Shown here: in pieces, positions 28,380-38,000 of the stretch
Numbering within the stretch: position 1 is the first letter of the stretch
How the letters are laid out: each line of letters opens with the position of its first letter
Assembly (NCBI GenBank): GCA_965662235.1
Contig: CBFIGY010000026.1
Span: 1 to 40,603 of the forward strand
Reading direction: 5' to 3'
From: an uncultured bacterium
Lineage (GTDB): Bacteria > SAR324 > NAC60-12
DNA length: 40,603 nucleotides
Made by a program: the position numbers and the translations under genes
Notes under the pieces: generated by a model
Told to the model about the DNA's origin: nothing
Seen by the model: the letters and a program-made list of their open reading frames with translations, nothing else
The model's database searches: none

Positions 28380-28723
28380 GAGGGGCCGCTCCTAATCAAG
28401 CATCGGTGCGTGGTGATAACCGGGAGGAACCCTGCCCCAGACCCGTTTCGGCGGCTCCGGTCGGCTTCTTCCCAGGTCCTCAGACGGGACCCATTCCACC
28501 AGCTAGCTTGATTCATTCGGACTCAAAGTGCGAGTTCCGGAACAGATTCTCCTGAAAAAGCAGATCATGCTGAAGACCTTTCCCGGACTTTCTTGATGAG
28601 GGAAGGCTTCTCTTCGGAATAAGAGCATCAACTTGAAAAGCAGGCGCAAGCGCCACCCGAGGGAGCTTTTTCAGCAGCGATTCCGGAGAATTTTTTTCTG
28701 ATGACACCAGCTGTTGGGTCAAA

Positions 28724-29353
28724 TTACAAGTGAGGAGTGAGGCGCTGGGTCATTTCAAACCAGGAAGGGGCCCCTGGATGGTGGACCGGATACGGGGGAA
28801 GGTAGTGCAGCGACACCTCGAGGAAACGGAGGATGAGCATCGCCGTCATGCCCCAGATGTCGTAGTCCCCGAAGAAGAAGTGATGGGAGTAGAACGGAAG
28901 GTCCCGGTGGGTGATTTCCTGACTGGTGTGGTGGGCCGGGTCCATGAAGAACGCGAGCGGCACCGAAAAGGTGGACTCGATCTCATGGGGACTGGGACGC
29001 GGGCGGAAGTCTGCGGGAATGACCCCCACAAACGGGGTGACCAGGTACTGGTGCAGTGAGGTGATCTGATCAATGCCGCCAATCACCTCCACCTGATGAG
29101 GCGCCAGCCCCACCTCTTCCTCCGATTCCCGGAGCGCCGTTGCTTCCGCCGATCCGTCCTCCGGATCCTGCTTCCCTCCTGGAAACGACACCTGTCCGGA
29201 GTGAGAGCGCAGGTGCGAGGCCCGTCGGGTGAGCAACAGGTGCACCGCCCCTGCCTCCTCAAAGAGCGGAATCAGCACCGACGCCCGCTTCACCGGATGC
29301 GGGTTGCGCGGAGGGTGGTAGGACGCCAGACGCGTCCGGATGACCGACAGCAT
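28724..29353 (-). CDS. Nudix hydrolase, CoA pyrophosphatase (NudL/PCD1-like)
   Basis: LLTRRASHLRSHSGQVSFPGG, Nudix box ALRESEEEVG, IWGMTA. Start at MLSVIR. Confidence 0.9.
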   Translation of the reverse strand: MLSVIRTRLASYHPPRNPHPVKRASVLIPLFEEAGAVHLLLTRRASHLRSHSGQVSFPGGKQDPEDGSAEATALRESEEEVGLAPHQVEVIGGIDQITSLHQYLVTPFVGVIPADFRPRPSPHEIESTFSVPLAFFMDPAHHTSQEITHRDLPFYSHHFFFGDYDIWGMTAMLILRFLEVSLHYLPPYPVHHPGAPSWFEMTQRLTPHL

Positions 29354-29360
29354 GCCGCAG

Positions 29361-29795
29361 CTAGGGGGCAAAGTAGGTGGCCGAGTTGGCCTTGAAGAAC
29401 CCCTTCAGTCCCTCCAGCACCGCCTCTGCCGCCTGGTGACAGGTCCGGGCGTAGGCGGAGGTGAAGCGGATGTTCTTCTGCTGTGCATTTCCCATCACGT
29501 CTCGCTCCAGCAAACCATCGAGGACGTAACAGGAGTTCCGGAGCGCCTCCAGTTCGGGCGCAAACGGCAGGCACACGTCCAGCATCTCCACGGACGAGTA
29601 GGTGGGAAGCTGAAAGCGTCCCTGTGCCTCCGGAACTGCGGAGAGGGCGTTGATGGCCCCCTGCATGGACAGGAGGCAGCTGGCATCCGGAGCATCCTTG
29701 ATGCGCTGCTTGGCTTCATGAAGGTCTTCCTGAGCCTGTGCCCAGGAAACAGAGGCCCGACGTCGGGACCGATCAGAGGGAGGGATTTGTTGCAT
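29361..29795 (-). CDS. HEPN-domain-like protein (degenerate)
   Basis: WAQAQEDLHEA...SCLLSMQGAINALSAV...LPTYSSVEML...AAEAVLEGLK matches the HEPN helix pattern. Confidence 0.6.
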   Translation of the reverse strand: MQQIPPSDRSRRRASVSWAQAQEDLHEAKQRIKDAPDASCLLSMQGAINALSAVPEAQGRFQLPTYSSVEMLDVCLPFAPELEALRNSCYVLDGLLERDVMGNAQQKNIRFTSAYARTCHQAAEAVLEGLKGFFKANSATYFAP

Positions 29796-30470
29796 TTATT
29801 CGTCAACTCCATAGTGTGACAGGTACTCCTCAATGCGCTGCTGCACTTCCGGAGGCAGCACCTGCTGACCGTGGACTTCCACAGCCTCAAGCGCGGTGCA
29901 GACTTCGCGGATGGTCGCGATTGAGCGGACGGGAATTCCAGTCCGGGCTTCCAGGTCGGCCGAGGCGTTTCGTCCCTGGGCGTTGCGCTCCAGACGGTCC
30001 ACAGCCACCAGGATTCCACCGATCGCGGCCCCGCACTCAGCCCGGACGGCTTCGATCGCTTCCACCTTGGTCTGACCGTCGGTGATCACATCGTCCACCA
30101 TGACCACAAAATCGTCTTTTTGTGGCACTTGCCCCACCAAGAGCCCCCCATCTCCGTGCGGCTTTTTCTCTTTGCGGTTGAAGAAATATCCGATACCCTT
30201 TTGAGTAGCTTCGGAAAGCGCTTCAGCCGTGGAAATGCACAGAGGAATGCCCTTGTAGGCGGGTCCGAAAACCACGTTGCACTGAGGCGCAAAGGCCTGA
30301 ATGCCGTGGGCATAAAAACGTCCCAGTTCCCGGATCAAGGCGCCGGTATTGAAGCGAGACGAGTTGAAGAAGTAAGGGGAAACTCGGCCACTCTTGAGGG
30401 TGAATTCCCCAAACTGCAGGGCTCCGGCTTCCACCAGAAAACGAGCAAACTCGCGCTTATACGCTTCCAT
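29796..30470 (-). CDS. pyrE: Orotate phosphoribosyltransferase
   Basis: FTLKSGRVSPYFFN, GPAYKGIP, FNRKEKKPHGDGG, VDDVIT. Confidence 0.95.
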   Translation of the reverse strand: MEAYKREFARFLVEAGALQFGEFTLKSGRVSPYFFNSSRFNTGALIRELGRFYAHGIQAFAPQCNVVFGPAYKGIPLCISTAEALSEATQKGIGYFFNRKEKKPHGDGGLLVGQVPQKDDFVVMVDDVITDGQTKVEAIEAVRAECGAAIGGILVAVDRLERNAQGRNASADLEARTGIPVRSIATIREVCTALEAVEVHGQQVLPPEVQQRIEEYLSHYGVDE

Positions 30471-30528
30471 TCAGACTCCTTGAGTTGAGAAAAGATTCGA
30501 TGAACAGAATAACAGCACCTCTCCTGAA

Positions 30529-31497
30529 ATGGCAATGACTCGAAACGCCTCCCCTGACCCCACGGAGACCCGTCGTGAGCAGCGTTTGCGTCAAGCGGTC
30601 AGCCAGCTGATGCAGTCCTATGATCAGCACCCGGAGATTGAGCGCATCGGGACCGTTTCGCTTCCGGCCAAGGAGAGCATCATTGCGCTTGCGGAGGACA
30701 TCCTGGTGCTGCTCTTCCCGGGGCTGATCCGGCAGGAATCCTTTGACCGCCTCAACCTGCCCTATGCGATGGGGCAGAAGACGGTTTCCCTCTTCTACCG
30801 CATGCGCGAGGCGCTGGAGCTTGTGCTCTGCTGGGCGGCGTCTCAGGAGGGTCGGGACTGTGCGGAGCGTCAGGACTTCAGCGAGCAGGTGGAGGCCATT
30901 GTCTTTGAGTTCCTCGAGTACCTTCCGGAGCTCCGGAACATCCTTGCGGAGGACGTGGACGCCATCATGGAAGGAGACCCTGCGGCCACCAGCAAACGCG
31001 AGGTGGTGCTGGCGTATCCCGGACTCCAGGCCCTCAGCGTCTTCCGGATTGCGCACTTCCTCCACCGGCGGCAGATCCCCCTCATTCCCCGGATCCTGAC
31101 CGAATACGTCCACTCGCGCTTTGGCATCGACATCCACCCCAATGCTGAACTCGGACGAGGCCTCATGATCGACCATGGGACCGGGGTGGTGATTGGAGGC
31201 ACTGCGGTGCTGGGGAATCACGTTCGCATCTACCAAGGCGTCACCCTGGGGGCCCTCAGTCCCCGGCACGCTGAGCACTCGCACACCAAACGGCACCCGA
31301 CGATTGAAGACGATGTGACCATCTACGCCGGGGCCACCATTTTGGGCGGAGACACCGTCATCGGCCGGGGCTCGGTGATCGGGGGAAACGTCTGGCTCAC
31401 CCACAGTGTGCCGCCCAACAGTCGGGTCTATCTGAAGGATCCATCGTCCTATCAAAAGCTCCAGGCACCGGGACTGGAAATGCAGGAAATGGGTTGA
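30529..31497 (+). CDS. cysE: Serine O-acetyltransferase (EpsC-type long N-terminus)
   Basis: GDPAA, AYPG, GIDIHP, IDHGTGVVIG, YQGVTLG, KRHPT. Confidence 0.9.
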   Translation: MAMTRNASPDPTETRREQRLRQAVSQLMQSYDQHPEIERIGTVSLPAKESIIALAEDILVLLFPGLIRQESFDRLNLPYAMGQKTVSLFYRMREALELVLCWAASQEGRDCAERQDFSEQVEAIVFEFLEYLPELRNILAEDVDAIMEGDPAATSKREVVLAYPGLQALSVFRIAHFLHRRQIPLIPRILTEYVHSRFGIDIHPNAELGRGLMIDHGTGVVIGGTAVLGNHVRIYQGVTLGALSPRHAEHSHTKRHPTIEDDVTIYAGATILGGDTVIGRGSVIGGNVWLTHSVPPNSRVYLKDPSSYQKLQAPGLEMQEMG

Positions 31498-31523
31498 CAA
31501 TCAGCGGTCACTTCACTCATCAT
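31494..31523 (+). promoter_or_regulatory. Putative sigma70 promoter for clpS-clpA
   Basis: TTGACA 31494-31499 (overlapping the cysE stop) - 18 nt - CATCAT. Confidence 0.4.
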
Positions 31524-31582
31524 TCACTAAGTTCCAAACGCGTCCCCCGTAGTCTACATCGCTTTGCAGTTGGGAACCCGCA

Positions 31583-31891
31583 ATGAGCCAATCCAAAACG
31601 GACGAAGCGGTCGTCAGCCAGACCCGCCCACAGCTAAAGCGCCCCAAGCAGTATAAAGTGCTGTTGCACAACGACGACTACACCACCATGGAGTTCGTCG
31701 TCTACGTGGTCCAGACGGTGTTCCACAAAAGTCCTGCAGAAGCCACTCAGATCATGCTCCGGGTTCACGAAAACGGAGTGGGAGTCTGTGGGGTGTACAC
31801 CCACGAAGTGGCCGAGACGAAAGTCGAGGCGGTACACGAGTTGGCCGAGCAGTACGAATTTCCCCTCAAAGCCAGCATGGAAGAGGTCTGA
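31583..31891 (+). CDS. clpS: ATP-dependent Clp protease adaptor
   Basis: YKVLLHNDDYTTMEFVV, AETKV, FPL. Confidence 0.96.
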   Translation: MSQSKTDEAVVSQTRPQLKRPKQYKVLLHNDDYTTMEFVVYVVQTVFHKSPAEATQIMLRVHENGVGVCGVYTHEVAETKVEAVHELAEQYEFPLKASMEEV

Positions 31892-31897
31892 GCGAGC

Positions 31898-34144
31898 ATG
31901 TTTACACGAGATTTGGAAATGTGCCTGATGGCGGCACAGAGCGAGGCGAAGGAGCGTAAACACGAGTACCTTTGCGTTGAACACATTCTCTATGCCCTGC
32001 TGCACCACGATGCCGGAATCCGGATCATCCGGAGCTGCGGCGGAAACGTGGAGCGGATCAAGGCTGACCTCGAGGAGTTCTTCTCGCAGCAGGAGACCGT
32101 GACCGACGATGCGGGAACCAGTCCGCAGCAGACCCGTGCGGTTCAGCGGGTCCTGCACCTGGCCATCATGCACGTCAACAGCTCCGGAAAGGCTTCGGCC
32201 GACGTAGGGGACATCCTGGTTGCCATCCACCGTGAGTCCCAGTCGTACGCCTCCTACTTCCTGCAGAAGGAGGGCATCACCCGTCTGGACCTCCTCAACT
32301 ACATCTCTCACGGCATCGCCAAGGTTCCGGTGGAGGATGAGGAGGAGAACCTCAACTATGAGAACAACGACGAGGATGAGCCCGCCCAGCCCCGCTCCGA
32401 GCAGGACCCCCTGAAGCTCTACACCCAGAACCTCACCCGCTTTGCGGAGGAAGGACGGCTGGATCCGCTGATTGGGCGGAACCATGAGCTGGAGCGGACG
32501 GTGCAGATCCTCTGCCGCCGCCGCAAGAACAACCCGATCTACGTCGGAGACCCCGGGGTGGGCAAGACGGCCATTGCCGAAGGCCTCGCCCTGCGCATCC
32601 ATGAAGGCAACACGCCCGACCTGCTCCAACACGCCGAGGTCTTCTCGCTCGACATTGGCGCCCTCCTCGCAGGAACCAAGTTCCGGGGAGACTTTGAGCA
32701 GCGCATCAAGGCGGTCCTCAAGGCCCTCCGGCAGAAGCCCGGATCCGTGCTCTTCATTGATGAGATCCACACCATCATTGGCGCCGGCGCGACCAGCGGC
32801 GGTTCCATGGACGTTTCCAATCTCCTCAAACCGGCACTGGCCAAGGGAGAGATCCGCTGCATCGGGTCCACCACCTATGAGGAGTACAAGAAGATCTTTG
32901 AGAAGGACCGAGCCCTCTCCCGACGCTTCCAGAAAATCGACATCACGGAACCCTCGGTGGAAGAGACCTTCCTCATCCTCAAGGGCCTCAAGCCGCAGTA
33001 TGAGAAGCACCATGAGCTGCGCTACACCGTCAGCGCCCTGCGCATGGCCGCAGACCTTGCCGCCAAGCACATCAACGACCGCTTCCTTCCGGACAAGGCC
33101 ATCGACGTCATCGACGAGGCCGGCTCCATGGTTCGGCTCCAGGGCGGTTCCAAGCGCAAGACCGTCACGCCCCAGGACATTGAACGTGTGGTGGCCAGCA
33201 TTGCCCGGGTGCCGATTGAGCGCATGAACAGCACCGACAAGGAAAAGCTGCAGGACCTCGAGAAGGAGCTGAAGCTGCAGGTCTTCGGACAGGATGACGC
33301 CATTGAGGTCCTCACCAAGGCCATCAAGCGCTCCAAGGCGGGACTCCGTGATCCGGACAAGCCCATCGGCTCGTTCCTCTTCACCGGTCCCACCGGAGTC
33401 GGTAAGACCGAGCTGGCCAAGCAGCTGGCCTTCATCATGGGCATCCACTTCCACCGCTTTGACATGTCGGAGTACATGGAGAAGCACACGGTTTCTCGAC
33501 TCATTGGAGCGCCTCCCGGATACGTGGGCTTCGACCAAGGGGGCCTGCTCACCGATGCCATCCGCAAGAACCCGCACAGCGTGGTGCTGCTCGATGAGAT
33601 TGAGAAGGCGCATCCGGACATCTTCAACATCCTCCTACAGGTGATGGATCACGCCACCTTGACGGACAACAACGGACGCGAGGCGGACTTCCGGAACGTC
33701 GTGCTGATCATGACCTCCAACGTCGGAGCCAAGGAAATGGCTGCCAACGCCATTGGTTTTGCCGGCGCCAGTGCGCCCAAGTCACCCTCCAAACAGGCAC
33801 TGGAGCGGGCCTTCAGTCCGGAATTCCGGAACCGGCTCGACAACATCATCCCCTTTGCTCAGCTTCCTGAGCAGGTGGTCCGGATGGTGGTGGACAAGCT
33901 GCTGGTCGCCCTAGAGGTCAAGCTGCAGGCCCAGAAGGTGGTCATCTCCGTCTCAGAAGATGCCAAGGGGTGGCTCGCCCGCAAGGGTTACGACCCCGCC
34001 TTTGGCGCCCGTCCCATGGCCCGGCTGATTCAGCAGGAGGTGGAAACGGTGCTGGCGGACGAGGTCCTCTTCGGCAAGCTCTCCAACGGAGGAGAGGTGT
34101 CCATTGACCTGAAAGAGGATCAGCTGACCTTCCAGTACTCCTGA
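31898..34144 (+). CDS. clpA: ATP-dependent Clp protease ATP-binding subunit
   Basis: Two AAA modules (GDPGVGKT, GPTGVGKT), no middle domain, IGF loop, follows clpS. Confidence 0.96.
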   Translation: MFTRDLEMCLMAAQSEAKERKHEYLCVEHILYALLHHDAGIRIIRSCGGNVERIKADLEEFFSQQETVTDDAGTSPQQTRAVQRVLHLAIMHVNSSGKASADVGDILVAIHRESQSYASYFLQKEGITRLDLLNYISHGIAKVPVEDEEENLNYENNDEDEPAQPRSEQDPLKLYTQNLTRFAEEGRLDPLIGRNHELERTVQILCRRRKNNPIYVGDPGVGKTAIAEGLALRIHEGNTPDLLQHAEVFSLDIGALLAGTKFRGDFEQRIKAVLKALRQKPGSVLFIDEIHTIIGAGATSGGSMDVSNLLKPALAKGEIRCIGSTTYEEYKKIFEKDRALSRRFQKIDITEPSVEETFLILKGLKPQYEKHHELRYTVSALRMAADLAAKHINDRFLPDKAIDVIDEAGSMVRLQGGSKRKTVTPQDIERVVASIARVPIERMNSTDKEKLQDLEKELKLQVFGQDDAIEVLTKAIKRSKAGLRDPDKPIGSFLFTGPTGVGKTELAKQLAFIMGIHFHRFDMSEYMEKHTVSRLIGAPPGYVGFDQGGLLTDAIRKNPHSVVLLDEIEKAHPDIFNILLQVMDHATLTDNNGREADFRNVVLIMTSNVGAKEMAANAIGFAGASAPKSPSKQALERAFSPEFRNRLDNIIPFAQLPEQVVRMVVDKLLVALEVKLQAQKVVISVSEDAKGWLARKGYDPAFGARPMARLIQQEVETVLADEVLFGKLSNGGEVSIDLKEDQLTFQYS

Positions 34145-34157
34145 CCCTGAGGCTCAG

Positions 34158-34892
34158 GTGCCTTACTTTCTCCATGAAGGCGTGCTGCGCCTAGGAGTGC
34201 CGACCCTCCTTCAAGGGGAGGAAGGGCACCACGCCCGGAACGCTCGACGCCTCCGGGTGGGAGAAACCCTGACGGTTCAGGATGCCTCAGGAGTCCGCTT
34301 TCAGGCTCAGGTGGTGGAGCTGCGACGCAAGGAAGTGAAGGTGCTCCCAGAGGTGGAGCAACCGCCCCCGCCGCCTTCTCCGCTTCACCTTGAACTCCTG
34401 CTGGCAGCCCCCAAGGAAAAGGCCCTGGACTGGAGCCTCCAGAAAGCGACCGAACTGGGCGTGTCGCGGGTTCATGTCTTTGCCAGCCCCCACTCTCCTC
34501 GGCTTCCTGAACATCCCGAACAGCGCCTGGAACGCTGGACCCGCATCGCGTGGGAGGCCTGCAAGCAGTGTGAGCGGCACCGCCCCCCTGAGCTTCAATG
34601 GTCGGACGACCTCCAGACCGCCTTGGACGGAACGCCTCAGGCCCTCACCTGGAGCCTGGAGCCAGGAACCGGATCGGGCCCGACCCGCGAGGTCCTGGTG
34701 CCCCCGGCATCCGTCCGCCTGATCATCGGCCCTGAAGGAGGCCTGGCTCCGGAAGAACGTGCCTGGCTCCGCGCACAGCACATTCCTTCCTGGACGCTGG
34801 GGCCCCGCATCCTCCGAACCGAAACCGCTGTCGTGGCAGGGGCAACCCTGCTTCAATTTCTGGCAGGGGACCTTGCGCCTCCTGTCGCTTAA
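34158..34892 (+). CDS. rsmE: 16S rRNA m3U1498 methyltransferase
   Basis: QKATELGV, EACKQC, IGPEGG, LGPRILRTETA. Confidence 0.93.
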   Translation: MPYFLHEGVLRLGVPTLLQGEEGHHARNARRLRVGETLTVQDASGVRFQAQVVELRRKEVKVLPEVEQPPPPPSPLHLELLLAAPKEKALDWSLQKATELGVSRVHVFASPHSPRLPEHPEQRLERWTRIAWEACKQCERHRPPELQWSDDLQTALDGTPQALTWSLEPGTGSGPTREVLVPPASVRLIIGPEGGLAPEERAWLRAQHIPSWTLGPRILRTETAVVAGATLLQFLAGDLAPPVA

Positions 34893-34919
34893 CCTGATGA
34901 TTCACTACGGAGACCGTTT

Positions 34920-35534
34920 ATGATTTCCCGGCTGCTGGCTGTTTTGCTGCTTTCCCTGTCCCTCGTCGGCCCTGCGAGTGCGGCCGATGTGCGTGGTCAC
35001 TTCGAGCTCGTTGGTCAGGCCCCAGGGGCCCACAGCGTGGAGAAGGTCCGCTTTGAGGAATTCCTGAACTTCGGGTGCCCGCACTGCAACAACCTGCGGA
35101 CGCTTGCCAAGGACTTCCGGAAGCAGTATGAGGAGAAGATCGAGTTCATCGACATCCCCATCGCCTTCCGAGGGCAAGACGATGCCCCCCTGCGGCTGTA
35201 CCACATTGCCAAGAAGCACGGCAAGGGAGACCTGGTCAAAACCGCCCTGTTTGACGCCAGCTTCAAGCACAGCGTCAACGTCTTTGATCCGGGCATTGTC
35301 AACTACCTAGCCCGCTCCCTGGGCATGGGAACCGAGTATGCCAACGAGAAGGACCAAGACTGGGTCAGTGCTGCGATTGCCGAGGGAATGCAGAAGGCCA
35401 ACGCCTATGGGGTGACCGGAACCCCCACGGTTGTGCTGGAAAACAGCATGAAGATGGACATTGGTCAGTACGGCGGCATGGAGGACTTTGTGCAGCAGCT
35501 TCCTGAGACCATTGACGACCTGCTGGTGCAGTGA
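34920..35534 (+). CDS. dsbA: DsbA-family thiol:disulfide oxidoreductase
   Basis: Signal peptide, CPHC, GVTGTP cis-Pro loop. Confidence 0.82.
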   Translation: MISRLLAVLLLSLSLVGPASAADVRGHFELVGQAPGAHSVEKVRFEEFLNFGCPHCNNLRTLAKDFRKQYEEKIEFIDIPIAFRGQDDAPLRLYHIAKKHGKGDLVKTALFDASFKHSVNVFDPGIVNYLARSLGMGTEYANEKDQDWVSAAIAEGMQKANAYGVTGTPTVVLENSMKMDIGQYGGMEDFVQQLPETIDDLLVQ

Positions 35535-35573
35535 GCCTCCAGGTTCACCTGACGCCTCTTCCCGTCGCAGGCC

Positions 35574-37481
35574 ATGAGCTTGGCTCCCATCCATGAGAAG
35601 CTGAAGACGCTCCCGGAGCTCCCGGGAGTGTACCTTTACAAGAACCTCCAGGGCGACATCCTCTACATCGGCAAGGCCAAGGTCTTGCGGCAACGGGTCC
35701 GTTCGTACTTCCAGCCCTCGGCCAACCACACCCTCCGCATCCAGATCATGGTCTCCCTCGTCCATGACGTGTCGCTGGTGATCACCGACACCGAGGCAGA
35801 GGCCCTGATCCTGGAAGAACAGCTCATCAAGACCCACCGGCCCCGGTACAACGTCCTCCTCAAGGACGACAAGTCCTACCCCTTCTGCAAGCTCACCACT
35901 CAGGAACCCTACCCCCGCCTCCGGCTGGTCCGGGAGAAGCAGGACAAGCAGTCGGAGTACTTTGGCCCCTTCCCCTCCGTTCAGGATGCGCGGCAGATGC
36001 TCCGGGTCGTCAACCGCTACTTTCCGTTACGGACAAGCAAGATGGACCTGGACGGCAAGAAGACCTACCGTCCCTGCCTCAATTTCCAGATGAAGCGCTG
36101 CCTTGCGCCGTGTCGAGGGGATGTGCCCGTGGACACCTACCAGGAGGTGGTCCGGCAGGTGCGGCTGTTCCTCAAGGGCCGAGACGACGAGCTCCTGAAG
36201 GACCTTGAGCGACTGATGAAGGAAGCTGCTGCACGGCTCGACTTTGAGAAGGCCGCCCAAATCCGGGACCAGATCCAGGCGGTGCGGCGCGTCTTTGCCA
36301 AGCAGGCGGTCCTCAGCACCAACGGAGAGGACCAGGACGTCTTCAACCTCTACCGGGAGGCGGACTCGGCAGGCATCCAGGTCCTGTTCATCCGCAACGG
36401 ACGGCTGCTGGGGACCGATTTCTTCTTCTATGACGCCAGCGAGCAGGCCTCTGATGACAACCTGTTGGGGCAGGTCCTGAACCGCATCTACATGGCAGAG
36501 GCGGCTCAGATCCCCCGGGAAGTCCTCCTTCCCTTTGCCTACTCCGACCAGGAGTCTCTGGAGCAGGCCCTCTCGGAGCGAGCGGACCGCAAGGTGCAGG
36601 TGCTGGTTCCCCAGAAGGGACGGAAGCGCGAACTCGTTGCCATGGCTCATCAAAATGCCAAGGTGCACCTAGAGGAGCAGCGCCAGCGCACCGTGCAGGA
36701 TGACGCTGTGCTGGAACAGGTTCAGCGGCACCTGCTGCTCAAGAAGCCTCCGGCCACGGTTGAGGCCTTTGACATCTCTCACCTGTCCGGAACCATGACC
36801 GTGGCCTCCATGGTTGCCTGGAAGGACAATCGTCCCTTCAAGGCCGGGTACCGCAAGTTCAAGATCAAGAGCCTTGAAGGGCCAGACGACTTTGCCAGCA
36901 TGGAAGAGGTCCTCACACGCCGGTACCAGCGTCTGCTGGAACAGGGAGAGCGCCCTCCGGACCTCATCCTCATTGATGGTGGCAAGGGACAGGTTTCTGC
37001 TGCAGCAGAGGCCCTGCGGCGGTTGGGCATGGACCTGAACCAAGTGGACCTGATTGGCCTGGCCAAGGGACGTTCTGAGCAGCGGCGCAAGTACCGTCGG
37101 GGCAACAACGAGGACTTTGAGTACGTCGTCAAGCCCAACCAGAAGAACGAAATCCGCCTGCACCGCAACACAGCCGTCCTCTTCTTCCTGCAAAACATCC
37201 GGGACGAGTCCCACCGGTTTGCCATTGAGTTTCAACGGCAGCTCAAGCGCAAGGACAACCTGAAGTCCCTGCTGGACGAAATCCCGGGAGTGGGCCCCTC
37301 TCGCAAGAAGGCCCTGCTCAAGCACTTCGGCAGCCTCAAGGCGTTGCGGCAGGCCTCGCTTGCAGAACTGGAGGCGGCGCCCGGGGTGTCAGCCAGCCTC
37401 GCCGCCACCATCTTTGAATTCTTTCAGGAAGCCCAACGGCAGCTGCAGCAGAAAATGGAGGAAAATCGCACTCCCTCTTAA
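35574..37481 (+). CDS. uvrC: Excinuclease ABC subunit C
   Basis: GVY..YIGKA GIY-YIG domain, Cys cluster, UVR domain FEKAAQIRD, FDISH, DGGKGQ, RDESHRFA, HhH. Confidence 0.97.
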   Translation: MSLAPIHEKLKTLPELPGVYLYKNLQGDILYIGKAKVLRQRVRSYFQPSANHTLRIQIMVSLVHDVSLVITDTEAEALILEEQLIKTHRPRYNVLLKDDKSYPFCKLTTQEPYPRLRLVREKQDKQSEYFGPFPSVQDARQMLRVVNRYFPLRTSKMDLDGKKTYRPCLNFQMKRCLAPCRGDVPVDTYQEVVRQVRLFLKGRDDELLKDLERLMKEAAARLDFEKAAQIRDQIQAVRRVFAKQAVLSTNGEDQDVFNLYREADSAGIQVLFIRNGRLLGTDFFFYDASEQASDDNLLGQVLNRIYMAEAAQIPREVLLPFAYSDQESLEQALSERADRKVQVLVPQKGRKRELVAMAHQNAKVHLEEQRQRTVQDDAVLEQVQRHLLLKKPPATVEAFDISHLSGTMTVASMVAWKDNRPFKAGYRKFKIKSLEGPDDFASMEEVLTRRYQRLLEQGERPPDLILIDGGKGQVSAAAEALRRLGMDLNQVDLIGLAKGRSEQRRKYRRGNNEDFEYVVKPNQKNEIRLHRNTAVLFFLQNIRDESHRFAIEFQRQLKRKDNLKSLLDEIPGVGPSRKKALLKHFGSLKALRQASLAELEAAPGVSASLAATIFEFFQEAQRQLQQKMEENRTPS

Positions 37482-37488
37482 AAAGAGG

Positions 37489-37516
37489 TTGACTCCAGCA
37501 GGAATCTCTCTATTAT
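37489..37516 (+). promoter_or_regulatory. sigma70 promoter of the tRNA pair
   Basis: TTGACT - 16 nt - TATTAT, 22 nt upstream of tRNA-Glu. Confidence 0.65.
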
Positions 37517-37538
37517 AAGTTGTTTACGACCGACACAG

Positions 37539-37614
37539 GTCCCCATCGTCTAGAGGCCTAGGACATCGCCCTTTCACGGCGAGAACAGGGGTTCGAATCC
37601 CCTTGGGGACGCCA
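37539..37614 (+). tRNA. tRNA-Glu(TTC)
   Basis: 76 nt cloverleaf: GTCCCCA/TGGGGAC acceptor, anticodon loop CTTTCAC, GTTCGAATC, encoded CCA. Confidence 0.97.
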
Positions 37615-37657
37615 CCATACAGAAGCCAATCCTCACGGCTTTCTGTCTTCGACAAGT

Positions 37658-37733
37658 GGGGGCATAGCTCAGCTGGGAGAGCGCAACGCTGGCAGCGTTG
37701 AGGTCAGGAGTTCGATCCTCCTTGCCTCCACCA
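37658..37733 (+). tRNA. tRNA-Ala(GGC)
   Basis: 76 nt: GGGGGCA/TGCCTCC acceptor with G3-U70, anticodon loop CTGGCAG, GTTCGATC, encoded CCA. Confidence 0.97.
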
Positions 37734-37858
37734 CAAACGTCAAAAAATCCAACTAAAACCCCCATCTTAGTACGCGGAACTTCCCCCCGCATCGGCTCTG
37801 ACCGGAGTGACCTCACGTAACCTCGGGCACACTTCCCGTTCTTTTCCTTCGGTTCTTC

Positions 37859-38000
37859 CCCTTCGACTTCATTCAGGGAACGAAACGGACCCCTCCATTT
37901 GTTCCCTGCAGCCTCTTGCTCCCTGAGTCCCCCGAAGGCAGCCCCAACACTTCATCCTCACCTCCCTGCAGCCTCTTACTCCCTGAGCCCTGCCCTAAGG
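37859..38000. repeat. REP-like repeat cluster with 60-bp-period direct repeat
   Basis: CCCTTCGACTTCATTCAGGG 37859-37878; TCCCTGCAGCCTCTT(G/A)CTCCCTGAG at 37903-37927 and 37963-37987. Confidence 0.7.

Noticed and set aside
28440..28490. Hammerhead-like words CUGAGGA and CGAAAC on the minus strand
   Set aside because: No room for stem I, stem II lacks the required purine-pyrimidine closing pair, and no correctly placed NUH.
28513..28722. 69-aa minus-strand ORF and overlapping 28202-28516 ORF
   Set aside because: Atypical codon usage, no RBS or recognisable motif; region looks like promoter and leader.
31634..33613. 659-aa antisense ORF over clpA, and similar long antisense ORFs (4973-6004, 14171-15319, 30457-31500)
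   Set aside because: Shadow frames expected from high-GC codon bias opposite well-supported genes.
37903..37987. 25-bp direct repeat with 35-nt spacer resembling a mini-CRISPR
   Set aside because: Only two copies, no cas genes, and better explained as REP-like units.
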